Assembly: GCA_963832715.1 (NCBI GenBank)
Contig: CAWHVB010000001.1
Location: 100,065 to 164,064, forward strand
Source of the DNA: an uncultured Ignavibacteria bacterium
Lineage (GTDB): Bacteria > Bacteroidota > Ignavibacteria > Ignavibacteriales > Ignavibacteriaceae
Length of the DNA stretch: 64,000 nt
Direction: 5' to 3'
Shown: in pieces, positions 41,596 through 52,222 of the stretch
Layout: each line of letters starts with the position of its first letter
Numbering within the stretch: the stretch's first letter is position 1
Program-made: the position numbers and the translations under genes
The notes under the pieces: model-generated
Database searches by the model: none
Seen by the model: only the letters and a program-made list of their open reading frames with translations
What the model was told of the DNA's origin: nothing

Positions 41596-43291
41596 TCAAT
41601 TATTATTGAAAATTACTAATTTTCCGATCGTTTTTTCTTTCTCACCTTTTGTAACATAAATGTATACACCTGAAGGTAATTTCCTGCCTGTTTCATCGAG
41701 ATTCCAGATCACCACTGTATTATTGCCTTTTCCAAAAGTTACAGGAAGTTGTTTGTTAAATATTAAATCCATTGACGATGAATAAATGCTCAGGTTCGCA
41801 TTACTGAAAATCCTGGATTTTACGGGAATGAAAATAATGTTTTCAGCATACCTGCCATATTTAAATGGATTCGGATATGAATAATCTGACGAGTTATGAT
41901 TAACAGGAATTAAGGTAGTGTCTTCTTTGATGACTTCATTATTTAAAATTTCAGTTTCATTCCACATCGGGGTAATTTTAACTTCAAGCCTGGTATAGTA
42001 CATATCGGTAAGTTTCTCAAAATCACCGCCGGGCGAATTTGCCAATGAAAAACCAAAGGAATAATCAGCACCGGGATTTTCAATTCCACTCTCAACATCC
42101 GAATTTGAAATGATGCTGAATAAAGTATCTCCATTTACGGGATTTATAAATTCTATAAAATTTTCCGCAACCGGAAATGAGCTGACATTGACTGTTTTGG
42201 GATAAGAATCCAGAATTAGTGCTGTCATCGGACGGACAAGAGGATAGTAGGATGCATCCTCAAAGTATTTTCCGCTAATGGTTCTGTAATTTGTATAGAA
42301 AAGCCATTTACCGAATAAGGCAAATTCTTTTCTGAAGCTTGAACCTTCCTCTAATAAGCTGTTCTCAATTGCTTTTAGTGCTCTCAACTGAGGCATTAAT
42401 TCCCATTCTCTTCTGATAATACGGAACCCGAACTTATCTGCCAGATAAATGTTCCATATACCCAGGGCAAATTCCTGGATGGTACCATTTACTCCAAAGC
42501 TATTCTGTGGATTCTGAAAATAAACCGGCAGATACTGGAGATAATCCTTAATTGTCGGGAACACAAAATGTTCCATAGCCGTCGCAGAAAGTTCATAAAA
42601 GAACTCATCCCCCTGAAAAAATCGATTGATATAATTCCCGATATGAATTGCGTGAGCAAATTCGTGAGCTGCTGTAACTCTTGCCGCATCTATTCCCCGT
42701 GTAAAAAAGCTGCTGAAGTCATTATTGATTACCGTAAAAGCAGTATATCTTTGGGTACCGGGGTTAATTTCTGTCTCAGGTACTGTATACCCGTAAGTTT
42801 CGCCACCTGTGTTAGTGATATAGACATCATACCTGTTATCTCCGCCTGCGCCGTTATCGGAAGGGGGCGGAGGGTAGCCGAAATAATTAATTTCAAAACT
42901 ATACACTGAGTCAAGTGCCTCAGCAAACAGCTGCAAATCGTATTTCGGGGTAAAGTAACCCGAAATATTATAATGTATTCTAAAAAAATTACCCGGTGAA
43001 ATAAAACTGGTATCTGCAGCGGGACGATCGAGAATAGGCTGTAAGATGCTTCTCTGCTGTTCACTAAACAATCCCAGGTGTAACTTTACTGCATTGAATA
43101 AACCGGTTGCGCTCTTTTTTACGGATTGAACCGGAGGCAAACGTGCGGGAAATCTGCGGCAGAAGATCGGGTCTTCTTATCTTAACCACGCAGTAGTACA
43201 ATGAATCAAGCTCCCGGTTATTCAACTGCTGAGCTTTAACCGTGCCTAAAGCAATTATAAACAAAAGCAACGATACTATATATTTAATCAT
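41596..43291 (-). pseudogene. secreted HExxH zinc metalloprotease with T9SS-type C-terminal domain; frame broken once
   Basis: The signal-peptide ORF 43064..43291 (MIKYIVSLLLFIIALGTVKAQ) and the body ORF 41596..43140 (AAHEFAHAIH, C-terminal YPNPF...GVYIYV...GKLVIFNN) overlap out of frame. A join at the T6 run 43115-43120 gives ...SGSIRKKSATGLFNAV.... Length is 1696 nt (3n+1). Confidence 0.7.
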
Positions 43292-43470
43292 TTATAAACC
43301 GCTTTGATTATGATAAAACACCATTAAGTAAAATCTGATCAAAGCTATATGCCGCATTCTAATTAATAAATAAAGGATGCGGGACCCGGAAAATTTCGTG
43401 CTACTGCACTCAGCCTTCGGCGGAGAGGCCAGGCTGCATCAATTCCTTTTTCAGGTTCAATTTTGCCTGC

Positions 43471-45858
43471 CTATATTTCATATTTAATTTTAAAAACCAC
43501 ATTTCTTCTTTCCTCAAAACTTGCGCCGCTGAAGAATGCACCTTTAATCAAATGATTATGATCGAATATATTTGTAATATATAAAGACGGCTGAATTGTA
43601 TTCCCATTGCCAAGGAAAAATGTATAGCCTCCAGCCAAATTCAGTATCCAGGATGGTGTTGTGTGAGCTCCCTGGTTGAATTCAAATAAGCCGGTCTTAA
43701 AAGCATAATCATCATTACCATTAGCCAGTCCGCTTCCATAAATTCCCGTAAGACTAATGAACCAATTTTGGGGCTGATAATTCAAACCGGCTACTACCGA
43801 CAATCTCTGATCGTGATCCAGGTCGAATGGTTCTTCCGAATCATCGGGCGGAAGGAACCCGCCGGATACAGGACCGGTTCCATAGGCGTGTATAATTGCA
43901 CCGTTCAGAAATGCAGAAAAGGGACTTGCCAGGCTGCTATAGTCCAGACTAAGTTCTATTCCCGACACCTTTACTTTATTTATATTAACATTAACCCTGA
44001 TAGTGCTTGAACCGAGAGTTTCGTCATCCAGACCGGGCGAAGAATCTTTTCTAAAATAACTTGCTTTTGCAGTGACTCCGAAATTAAAATTGTGAATAAT
44101 TCCGGCTTCATATAAATTATCTTTCTCAGGCAAGGTAGCTGTTGATGAGTCTCCGACTGCAACAGCAATTGAACCGAGGCCTTCTATATTTGTCGGCATA
44201 AATAACCTATCATAGCTTAAAAAAACGGTATTCTCTTCATCCAGGAAAAAACTGAACTTTACCCTCGGGCTTAATTGTTTTTGCAGAGGTATAGATGGGG
44301 CGATATGCTGATCATATCTTAAGCCAGCCTCAATTTCAGACCATTCCAGAGGGCGGATTTCACTCTGGGCAAACAAGCTGAAATCGGAACCCTTAAAATT
44401 TGTTTCATTTACAGGTCCGTTTCCATTAAGATCCCTGAAGGTAAAAGTTTCGGTGCCGTTTGTTATACTCAAATTCAGCCCGGCTTCATACAGGAATTCG
44501 TGAGCCAGGCGGTCGCTGTATTTAACCCGTGTACCGAAGGTAGAAAAGGATCTGTTCTGATCTACCGTATATGCCGTGGTTGTATCGCTGCCGATGAACT
44601 GCCGGGTTTCATCGAGGGGACTTGTTAAAAATTTCAGTCCGCCTTCCCTTACATAAAATCCCGCAAATAAACTTTTTTCCTTATCAGTTTCACCGGATAT
44701 CGTATGGAAAAATGAAAGCGTCTGAAATGCATTGAAACTATTCTGATTATCATAATTTACTCCTTCAATGGGGTCGAACGGAATTTGTGTTCTTGTCTCG
44801 CTGAAATTCAAATTAGATGTAATGTAATCATCATCATTTAGAATGTAATCGAGCTTCCCGTAGATAAAATAATCGAGACCGTGATCGTGAAATAAAGAGT
44901 CGACCGGCTGATCAATCCTGCGGACGGATTCTTCTCTTGAACCGGAGAGAAAAAATCCAAAATTACCGCTGCGGCTGCTAAGCGACAGGCTCTGGCCGTT
45001 GGAATTTAAAGATTTGAAAGTACCGACATCGGGACCCAGGTTCTTTGCCGATGTCAGGTAGCTGCCTGTAAAACCGGATAAGCTTAAATGGAAAGGTCCC
45101 GGCGGAACCTGATTCCGGATGTTAATCAAAGCAGCTATTTGTCCGCCATATTCAGCAGGAAAACCCCCCGTATAAAAAGTAATTATTTTCACTACTTTCG
45201 GATCAACAACTTCATTCAAGCCTCCGAAAACTCCGAGCGGAACAGGAATACCGTCAATATAATACGAGAATTCACCGTGCTGGCCTCTTATATGAACTTC
45301 TCCTGTCGGAGCCCTTACAGCGCCTGTAAGATTCTGCTGTATTATAGTTGTCATCCTGGCTGCCGGAGGTGCGTGAAAAGTCTCTCCCTCATATATCTGC
45401 CGTCCGCTTTTAATATCAACAAAACTTGAAACGTTATTGGATTTAGTACCTGTTACCACCACTTCCCCTAAACCAATCGTCTCTTCAGGAAGTCTTATTA
45501 TCAGTTTATAATTTGCATCTTTTATATCTACAGGCACCGTATAAGCTTTATACCCGATATAATGAACACTTAAAGTATACTGTCCCTGATCCAGATTATG
45601 AAAGACAGATTGGCCGCTATGGTTTGTTATATTTATGTTGATAGTCTGATCATCCTTTAAGAGGATCAAATTCACAAGTTCGAGCGGTTGATTTGAAGAA
45701 GAATCGAGTACAGTGACATAAAGATTCACCTGTTTTTCCGGTTTAGTACCGGATTGAATATTTAATCCCTGTGCCGGGGACTTAAATGAAAGTAAAATAA
45801 TGATCACGAATAATCTGCTAAATAAACTCACGAAAGAGGATATATACCTTTTAAACAT
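43471..45858 (-). CDS. TonB-dependent receptor with N-terminal CarboxypepD_reg-like domain
   Basis: 795 aa with a signal peptide, a Ig-like VTVLDSSSNQPLELVNLILL...YTLSVHYIGYKAY domain, a plug region, then a long beta-barrel with alternating hydrophobic pattern. Confidence 0.85.
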   Translation of the reverse strand: MFKRYISSFVSLFSRLFVIIILLSFKSPAQGLNIQSGTKPEKQVNLYVTVLDSSSNQPLELVNLILLKDDQTININITNHSGQSVFHNLDQGQYTLSVHYIGYKAYTVPVDIKDANYKLIIRLPEETIGLGEVVVTGTKSNNVSSFVDIKSGRQIYEGETFHAPPAARMTTIIQQNLTGAVRAPTGEVHIRGQHGEFSYYIDGIPVPLGVFGGLNEVVDPKVVKIITFYTGGFPAEYGGQIAALINIRNQVPPGPFHLSLSGFTGSYLTSAKNLGPDVGTFKSLNSNGQSLSLSSRSGNFGFFLSGSREESVRRIDQPVDSLFHDHGLDYFIYGKLDYILNDDDYITSNLNFSETRTQIPFDPIEGVNYDNQNSFNAFQTLSFFHTISGETDKEKSLFAGFYVREGGLKFLTSPLDETRQFIGSDTTTAYTVDQNRSFSTFGTRVKYSDRLAHEFLYEAGLNLSITNGTETFTFRDLNGNGPVNETNFKGSDFSLFAQSEIRPLEWSEIEAGLRYDQHIAPSIPLQKQLSPRVKFSFFLDEENTVFLSYDRLFMPTNIEGLGSIAVAVGDSSTATLPEKDNLYEAGIIHNFNFGVTAKASYFRKDSSPGLDDETLGSSTIRVNVNINKVKVSGIELSLDYSSLASPFSAFLNGAIIHAYGTGPVSGGFLPPDDSEEPFDLDHDQRLSVVAGLNYQPQNWFISLTGIYGSGLANGNDDYAFKTGLFEFNQGAHTTPSWILNLAGGYTFFLGNGNTIQPSLYITNIFDHNHLIKGAFFSGASFEERRNVVFKIKYEI

Positions 45859-45969
45859 AGCATTAATCTCCTGTTATTGATTTTCAAATGTATTCCGATG
45901 GAAATACAGAGATTTAACAGCTAAGATTTAACTGGCGTTGTGTTCTATAGGGGGTTCTGTATTTCCTGT

Positions 45970-46338
45970 TTATAAAGGGAATACGACAGGAGGAGCTCTG
46001 AGGGGGTTGTTCCTGAATAATACTACATAACTAAGTTTATCGGGTTGTTCTAAGAAAGAAAATACCCGGCTGTCACTGCCGGCACGGGAAATCTCGGGGA
46101 AATAATTTATAGAGCTTATAGTGCTGGTAAAATGAGTAACAATACATTCAGCATCGAGTCCCACTAAGGCGTCAACAGGTACAGCGGTGTTTTTATCCCG
46201 GCTGCTGTTTAGCTGATAATTCCCGCTCCTGATATCGATCTGATGATAATGAAAAACCGAGAGAGCAACAACAAACAGATATACAAGTAATAAGAGATAA
46301 GAGAAACGTTTCTTATATTTATAGATATTGTTTGACAT
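45970..46338 (-). CDS. small membrane-anchored hypothetical protein upstream of the TonB receptor
   Basis: The internal ATG at 46338 of ORF 45970..46386 gives MSNNIYKYKKRFSYLLLLVYLFVVALSVFHYHQ (one TM segment followed by an HYH motif). No family assigned with confidence. Confidence 0.5.
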   Translation of the reverse strand: MSNNIYKYKKRFSYLLLLVYLFVVALSVFHYHQIDIRSGNYQLNSSRDKNTAVPVDALVGLDAECIVTHFTSTISSINYFPEISRAGSDSRVFSFLEQPDKLSYVVLFRNNPLRAPPVVFPL

Positions 46339-46766
46339 TTGGGTAGAGAAATATTGCAATATTTTAATACTATTGCAATAGGGCACTAATTATTGGCATT
46401 TGTGAATGATTGCTGACACCATTCAGGGTGCATATATCCTTAAGTATAGGGATCTTTTCACCAGGACTATCTTTATAGAGTTTGATGACTTCAAAAACCA
46501 GATATTATGAATTATGAAATACTCGATACAGGCTTTAGGAGCTATTAAAAGTTCAGGATTAAGGATTATTTATTTTGATGTGCAGCTTCCCCTATCCTCC
46601 CAACATTTAACGTATAATAATTTCTGAAGAGGAAGTTCTACGGCTAAATCTCAGGCCAGAGACCTGCGGTATGTTCAATGATTGAATAATTCGCGCGGCG
46701 CATACTGAAAAAATCTTTTCGTGCCTCTGAGCCTCAATCTCAAAAGACTCTTGATGTCAAGTTTTG

Positions 46767-46792
46767 TTGACTGACATTTTGTCATACGTCAA
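46767..46792. promoter_or_regulatory. extended imperfect palindrome TTGAC-TGACA-TTT-TGTCA-GTCAA (candidate operator)
   Basis: TTGACTGACATTTTGTCATACGTCAA. The core CTGACATTTTGTCA is repeated exactly at 46909-46922. Confidence 0.35.
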
Positions 46793-46908
46793 TTATTTCA
46801 ACACTCGAAAATCACGTTTTTTCGCAGTTTTCCTAGTGTCTCATTTTGAGTCCTTCTCCGTCCCTTCTCCGTCCTTTCCCCGACCCTAAACCGATATTAG
46901 TATGACAA

Positions 46909-46923
46909 CTGACATTTTGTCAG
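46909..46923. promoter_or_regulatory. second copy of the CTGACA-TTT-TGTCAG palindrome
   Basis: It shares an exact 14-mer with 46771-46784 and lies within a ~50-nt direct repeat of the first element. Confidence 0.35.
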
Positions 46924-47237
46924 TGCGTTTAAGAATTCAACAGTGAAAAAGCAGGTAGCATTGAGCTCGTTGCAAATAACCACCACCCGGGATTTACCCA
47001 CTTCTGGCGGACTTTCAGCATAGTGGCTTGTTATAAGTATTTTGAAAATATGATTTATTTTACCAACTCTCAACGTTGTGTAGTCGGAGAATCAGGAACT
47101 TATGCCGGACAACTTTCAACGAGACATTGACTGTCAGAAACGGAATAATAAGAAGACTGTTTAATTTATACTTCTTTCATCTGTTTATTTTATGTTGCTG
47201 CCTGGCATTGGTGATTGTAATTCACAGTTGAATCATG

Positions 47238-48416
47238 TCAGTAAACATCGTCATTTTGGGTGCCTTTCCCCTCTTTATCAATTTCACTGTCAATAGATTT
47301 CAGAAAATTATGGACAGCCATATGCCGCTCGTTACTTTCGGGCTCAGGCCAGGCGCTGTTAATCGCTACCACAAGATGTCTCGCGGGGTCGATATGGATC
47401 ATCTGGCCATAGATCCCTAATGCCTCGAAGGAATGGCTATTAAAAATCCACCAACCGTATCCATAACCCCCGCCGGGCCAGAGCGGTACCTGTATATGGG
47501 TTGCTGTCTTGAACCAATCATTTGGGACAATGGATTCTCCGTTAATGCGTCCCTTATCGAGCACAAATTGTCCGAACCTTGCAAAATCACGCAGCGTCAT
47601 CTGGAGGCAGCAGCCTGCCAGTTCCTGTCCGGTTCGATCCAGGGTCCAGTTTGCCGTTTGCTCCATACCGTAAGGGATCCAGATCTTTGAGGATAGGTAG
47701 TGGGATAAAGTTTGATGGGCAGCTGAGCTGATCACAACACCTAGCAGGTGAGTTTCACCTGTACTATACACCCATTTACTGCCAGGTTCTGCCTCGGCCG
47801 GCAAACGCCGCATATAACTTACTGTTGCATTCATACCCGGATCAACCGAATCTGAATTAAATCCGGCAATGTCAGAGTTCGGATCAGAATATTTCTCGTT
47901 CCATCGTACACCCGCAGTCATTGTCAATAAATGGCGGATAGTCACTTTATCGTAGGCACTCCCTTTTAAATCGGGAATGTATTCAGTTACATAGTCGTCC
48001 ACACTTTTTATGTAGCCATCTTTAATGGCTGCCCCCACAAGTGTACTCGTTACTGACTTTGCAACAGATAATGACGACCATAGGTTCGTTTCGCTGTGCC
48101 CGAGTGCATATCGCTCCAGTCGGATCTTTCCATCCTGCAAAATCAGAAGACCTGCTGTTTTCTGTTCCCTCATAAAATCATTCAGCGCTTTTTCTTTTTC
48201 TCCGCCCGGACTGAATGCGGCAATCGGCAATCCCTGGGGAAGTTGATGCACTTTACTCCCCTTTGGCACTTCACGCTCTTCCCGGTTCCAATGGGATGAG
48301 TTTTTTAAAGTTGAATCCGGCTTAGTGACTTCCTGCGCAGGGGAAAATGAAGCCGGGATAAGCAGGATGACGAATACGATAATGCTTATGAATGATGGTA
48401 TACCTGGAATGCGCAT
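47238..48416 (-). CDS. secreted serine hydrolase of the beta-lactamase/class C fold
   Basis: Signal sequence, S-x-x-K motif SVAKS, and about 390 aa with typical beta-lactamase-family length. Confidence 0.75.
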   Translation of the reverse strand: MRIPGIPSFISIIVFVILLIPASFSPAQEVTKPDSTLKNSSHWNREEREVPKGSKVHQLPQGLPIAAFSPGGEKEKALNDFMREQKTAGLLILQDGKIRLERYALGHSETNLWSSLSVAKSVTSTLVGAAIKDGYIKSVDDYVTEYIPDLKGSAYDKVTIRHLLTMTAGVRWNEKYSDPNSDIAGFNSDSVDPGMNATVSYMRRLPAEAEPGSKWVYSTGETHLLGVVISSAAHQTLSHYLSSKIWIPYGMEQTANWTLDRTGQELAGCCLQMTLRDFARFGQFVLDKGRINGESIVPNDWFKTATHIQVPLWPGGGYGYGWWIFNSHSFEALGIYGQMIHIDPARHLVVAINSAWPEPESNERHMAVHNFLKSIDSEIDKEGKGTQNDDVY

Positions 48417-48767
48417 TTTTTGATTTCTCCTTTTGAGTTGCTAAAAATAATATTCAACCCCTAAAAGCGATACTGATTTAGTATAACTGTAATTGGTATT
48501 GAGAACAGATTGAATGCTCTGTGTAAAATATTTTTCTTCATTATTATTTGATCAAACTACAATTTTTTTATCATAATCTAAAATATTTATATAGCCTATA
48601 ACAGTGTTGCCGAAAATAGCCCCTGAAGTTTTTACGCAGGCGGGGACACCCATACTATTTAAAACCGGAAGCCAAAAAATTAATTTAACCGTACAAGCCC
48701 GGGCTGCATTTTTTTTATTTAGTGACGTTGACCAAATTACTTTTTATGTTACAAAACATTTAATAAG

Positions 48768-49397
48768 TTATAACGCAGCTTCTTTAATTTGCTGATGTAT
48801 CCATTTTTTAGAGGTCATAATTTTTATAGTAACCCCCAAATACCATAGTCCAATAAACGGACCAAAATCAATATATTCTTCATAAGGTGGGGTTGGGAAA
48901 GAGATTACGTTGGTGACTATCATTAAAAGCGAGATTACTATTCCAGTTATTGAAAAAATTTTCCCCAATTTAGGATGCTGGAACATACTTATTGCGAATA
49001 AAAACGTTCCTAAAAATATATAAACATCCCAGGCAACATCTAAGCCGTAATGGATATGATTTAATGAATCCCAAACCCATTTGCCGGATCCTTCAATTAG
49101 TTTTGGTTTTGATGATTTAATGGCAAGCTGGACTAAAAACATTTGAGTCAGTAGAGCACCGGCAATAATGTTTGAGAATAATGCAATTTTGGGAGCAATG
49201 GTTTTTTTATGAATTTGAATAAAATAATATAAGCCGCCAGAAGCTAAGCTTAGCAAAATTCCCATTGAAGCAGCCAGGATGACTGCCAAAATTAAATTCG
49301 AAATAAACTGTAACAGCGGATAAATAATACTAACAAGAAAACCACAAATAATTCCAATATTTATCCAATTTAGAATTAAACGGTTATCATTGTTCAT
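48768..49397 (-). CDS. hypothetical polytopic membrane protein
   Basis: 209 aa with about 6 hydrophobic helices. AT-rich. No family recognised. Confidence 0.55.
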   Translation of the reverse strand: MNNDNRLILNWINIGIICGFLVSIIYPLLQFISNLILAVILAASMGILLSLASGGLYYFIQIHKKTIAPKIALFSNIIAGALLTQMFLVQLAIKSSKPKLIEGSGKWVWDSLNHIHYGLDVAWDVYIFLGTFLFAISMFQHPKLGKIFSITGIVISLLMIVTNVISFPTPPYEEYIDFGPFIGLWYLGVTIKIMTSKKWIHQQIKEAAL

Positions 49398-49544
49398 AAT
49401 TTACCTCCACCACTTTAAACTTTATAACGGAGCGAGGCTCAGCTGCGCAGCAGACTGATTCGGTTTGCACTACCCGAACCTAAGCCGCTGAGTCTACGAT
49501 TATTTATTTTCACACTCTGTTGCAGACTGATAACCGGTACCAAA

Positions 49545-50039
49545 TCAGGGCTGGAGGCTCACACGCCCAACAGGACCTGGATTACTCTCCTCTCCAATTT
49601 CGGCTTCGATCTTGCCGGCGTCATTGAAACGCACAAGAGTAATACCGCCCCACCTTTCCACTTCCCCGCGTGGCTGAACTCCCGGCTGCACAGAGCCAAC
49701 ATTGCGAGCCTGGAAACTCCACACAAGGACTACTTTGTCTGACTCCGCAACAGCTTCGTGGAATTTTATCCTGGCGTCGGTCCATACACTGCAGAAATGA
49801 CTGACAAACCGTTTGACAGCGACGCGGCCTCGTATTGCTGATTTATTGAATATCTTCTGAAATATCGGATAGCTGACGGTGATGTCTTCAGACGCGAGGT
49901 TATCTACTACGGATGAATCACATCCATAGATGCCGCGGAAGTATTTTTCAGCGAGGATTTTCTGTAGCTCTGTTTTTCCGGATTGACTGCAACCGATAAG
50001 CAAAGCTGTAAGTGCTGCTATCACAGAAAGCTTGTACAT
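49545..50039 (-). CDS. lipoprotein, possibly SnoaL/NTF2-like fold
   Basis: The internal ATG at 50039 gives MYKLSVIAALTALLIGCSQ (lipobox). It has about 53% GC inside a block of about 33% GC. The fold assignment is tentative. Confidence 0.5.
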   Translation of the reverse strand: MYKLSVIAALTALLIGCSQSGKTELQKILAEKYFRGIYGCDSSVVDNLASEDITVSYPIFQKIFNKSAIRGRVAVKRFVSHFCSVWTDARIKFHEAVAESDKVVLVWSFQARNVGSVQPGVQPRGEVERWGGITLVRFNDAGKIEAEIGEESNPGPVGRVSLQP

Positions 50040-50377
50040 TGATATCACCTTTCTGAATTTAAGAAGCCTGGTGTACAACACAGCATCGACAAATATTGTA
50101 ACTGTGCTGCGGATAACCCGCCGCCAGGAACAGCAGTGCATAGTATAATATAAGCAAAAAATTTAGATAATGCCGAACCTGCCGGTAAGTGTGAAAAAGT
50201 TTACCCGCATCCGGCGGGCCGTCGGGCTGAGCTGCCTGTTATACTTACATTTGGTTTAATGAATATTTAATACCAATTAACCAGGCAGAACCAAGATACT
50301 CCCTGAATGGCTCTTTAGAAAGATACATGTGGCTAACCAATATAGTATCTACTAGATAAATATATTTATAATTAAAT

Positions 50378-52222
50378 TTATAATTTGTTAAATATTGGAA
50401 GAGTAAATGTAAACTTACTTCCTTTTCCTAATTCACTTTCCACCCATATTCTGCCATCTTGTGCCTGGATAAACTCTTTTGCAATAGCTAAACCAAGTCC
50501 CCATCCTTGTTTTGACTTTTTACCAACCTGAGAAAATCTACGAAATAGTTTTTCCTGATCTTCTTTAGATATACCCGGTCCGTTATCTTTAATTGAAAAC
50601 TCGACTTCTTTATTTAGTCCTTTTACCTGGATTTTAATTTCATCATTTGGTTTAGAATACCTAATAGCATTATTTAAAATATTTATAAAAACAAAAACCA
50701 GCTTTTCAATATCTGCGTAAATATCCGGCAATCCTTCTTCTATTTCGACCGGTAATTCAATATTTTTTTCTGAAGCCTGCATCATCAGAGCGGTTATACC
50801 AATGTCCAGGACTACATCCGGCTTTACCGGAGAAAATTTTAATTTAATATTGCCGGATTCTATTTGAGAAAATTCTAATATTTCATTTATAACCCTTGAT
50901 AGTCTTGAACTTTGTTGCCTTAAAGCAAGTACTATTTCCCTTTGTTCTTCGCTCAAATTGCCAATCCTGCTGTCTTCCAATAATTTCAAACTAATATTAA
51001 TAGATGACAGAGGAGTTTTTAGTTCGTGTGTAACAGTTGATAATAAATTTGTCTTTGCCTTATCTCTTTCCTGGAATTTAGTGATATTCCTAAGCAGAAT
51101 AAGATTACCTATAAAGGTTTCCTTTTTTGCAAATTCGGAATAAGTTATGAGTTCTTCCGATTCAATATTATAAAACATCTCTTTATTATCCTGGACTATT
51201 CTTATCGGTTTTGTTTCTTCTTTGCTATTTCCCTTTTTTGTCAATACTGATTTATAAATCTCATCTATTAAATCGTTTTTCGCTGCGACTTCAGGTATGT
51301 AGTGCGACAAGATTTCTTTTTCTTGTAATCCGGCCAGCTGCAGCAGTCTATTATTCACCAATACTATTTTCCGGTTTTCATCAACAAACAGAATCCCGTC
51401 ATCAATATTTTGGACAATTGTTTCCATCCTTTTCTGTTCAAATAAAAGCTGGTCAATATGTTTAGCTTCATAAACCTGCAGCCGTTCTGCCATAATGTTA
51501 AATGCATTAGCTAATTCTCCAACCTCATCTTTTGCTTTTACTTCAAGTTTCTGTTTATAGTTTCTTTCACTAATCGATTTTATACTCCCGGTTAATTCTT
51601 TAATTGGTCCGGTAATCTTTGAAGGGAATGAATATATAAATGAGAAAGTGATCAGTATACTTAAAGTGGCAGTAATCAACATATATAAAATCACCTCATC
51701 CGCTGTACTTTGGAGTCTATTATATTTACTATGAATCGCATTCATATTTGTGATATATATGCCTGTAATTCCTGCTCTGACTTCAGAGTTCTTTTCCCTA
51801 AATCTTTCTAAATCATTCTCCTCATCTTTTGACAGGTTGTTTTTTAATCTTTTATACAAGCTCATATATTCGTCATAATCTAACTTCAGGTGTTTTACAA
51901 TTTCGCCTTCACCAATTTCTGTAATATTATTTGTTTGTTTTACAAGACAGGTTTCGAATATACTTTTATTGTATAAATAATCTCTCTCCTTAACTGAGTC
52001 AACAGGGATATTGCTTATATTATCTTCCTGAAAACTATTCATTTCGTCAAGTGAATTAAGCATTTTCATCATATAATCAACAGATGAATAATTATCTTTG
52101 ATCGTCCCCTTTGCTTCCATTGCGAGCTGATTAATAAATACAATCCCCAAAATACTTAACAGCAAGATTACCGCGAATAAAAAAACTACACCGGTTCTTA
52201 TTTTGCTTTTAATACTTTTCAT
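50378..52222 (-). CDS. membrane histidine kinase (periplasmic helical domain, HAMP, PAS, HisKA, HATPase_c) of the kdp cluster
   Basis: HAMP (DEVGELANAFNIMAERL), PAS-like (METIVQNIDDGILFVDENRKIV), H-box LLSTVTHELKTP, NNAIRYS, DNGPGI, GWGLGLAIAKEF. It overlaps the upstream gene by 4 nt. Confidence 0.85.
   Translation of the reverse strand: MKSIKSKIRTGVVFLFAVILLLSILGIVFINQLAMEAKGTIKDNYSSVDYMMKMLNSLDEMNSFQEDNISNIPVDSVKERDYLYNKSIFETCLVKQTNNITEIGEGEIVKHLKLDYDEYMSLYKRLKNNLSKDEENDLERFREKNSEVRAGITGIYITNMNAIHSKYNRLQSTADEVILYMLITATLSILITFSFIYSFPSKITGPIKELTGSIKSISERNYKQKLEVKAKDEVGELANAFNIMAERLQVYEAKHIDQLLFEQKRMETIVQNIDDGILFVDENRKIVLVNNRLLQLAGLQEKEILSHYIPEVAAKNDLIDEIYKSVLTKKGNSKEETKPIRIVQDNKEMFYNIESEELITYSEFAKKETFIGNLILLRNITKFQERDKAKTNLLSTVTHELKTPLSSINISLKLLEDSRIGNLSEEQREIVLALRQQSSRLSRVINEILEFSQIESGNIKLKFSPVKPDVVLDIGITALMMQASEKNIELPVEIEEGLPDIYADIEKLVFVFINILNNAIRYSKPNDEIKIQVKGLNKEVEFSIKDNGPGISKEDQEKLFRRFSQVGKKSKQGWGLGLAIAKEFIQAQDGRIWVESELGKGSKFTFTLPIFNKL

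Noticed and set aside
47007-47019. The minus strand reads GAAAGTCCGCC, which resembles the RNase P RNA P4 core (GGAAAGTCCGGGC), inside the 850-nt ORF-free region.
   Set aside because: None of the other universally conserved RNase P segments or the expected helices are visible nearby. It is an isolated 9-10 nt resemblance.
48639-48650. GGCGGGGACACC as the distal att scar of the proposed kdp island.
   Set aside because: Only 8 of 12 positions match the tRNA 3' end, which is too weak to stand alone. It is kept only as a pointer within the island finding.
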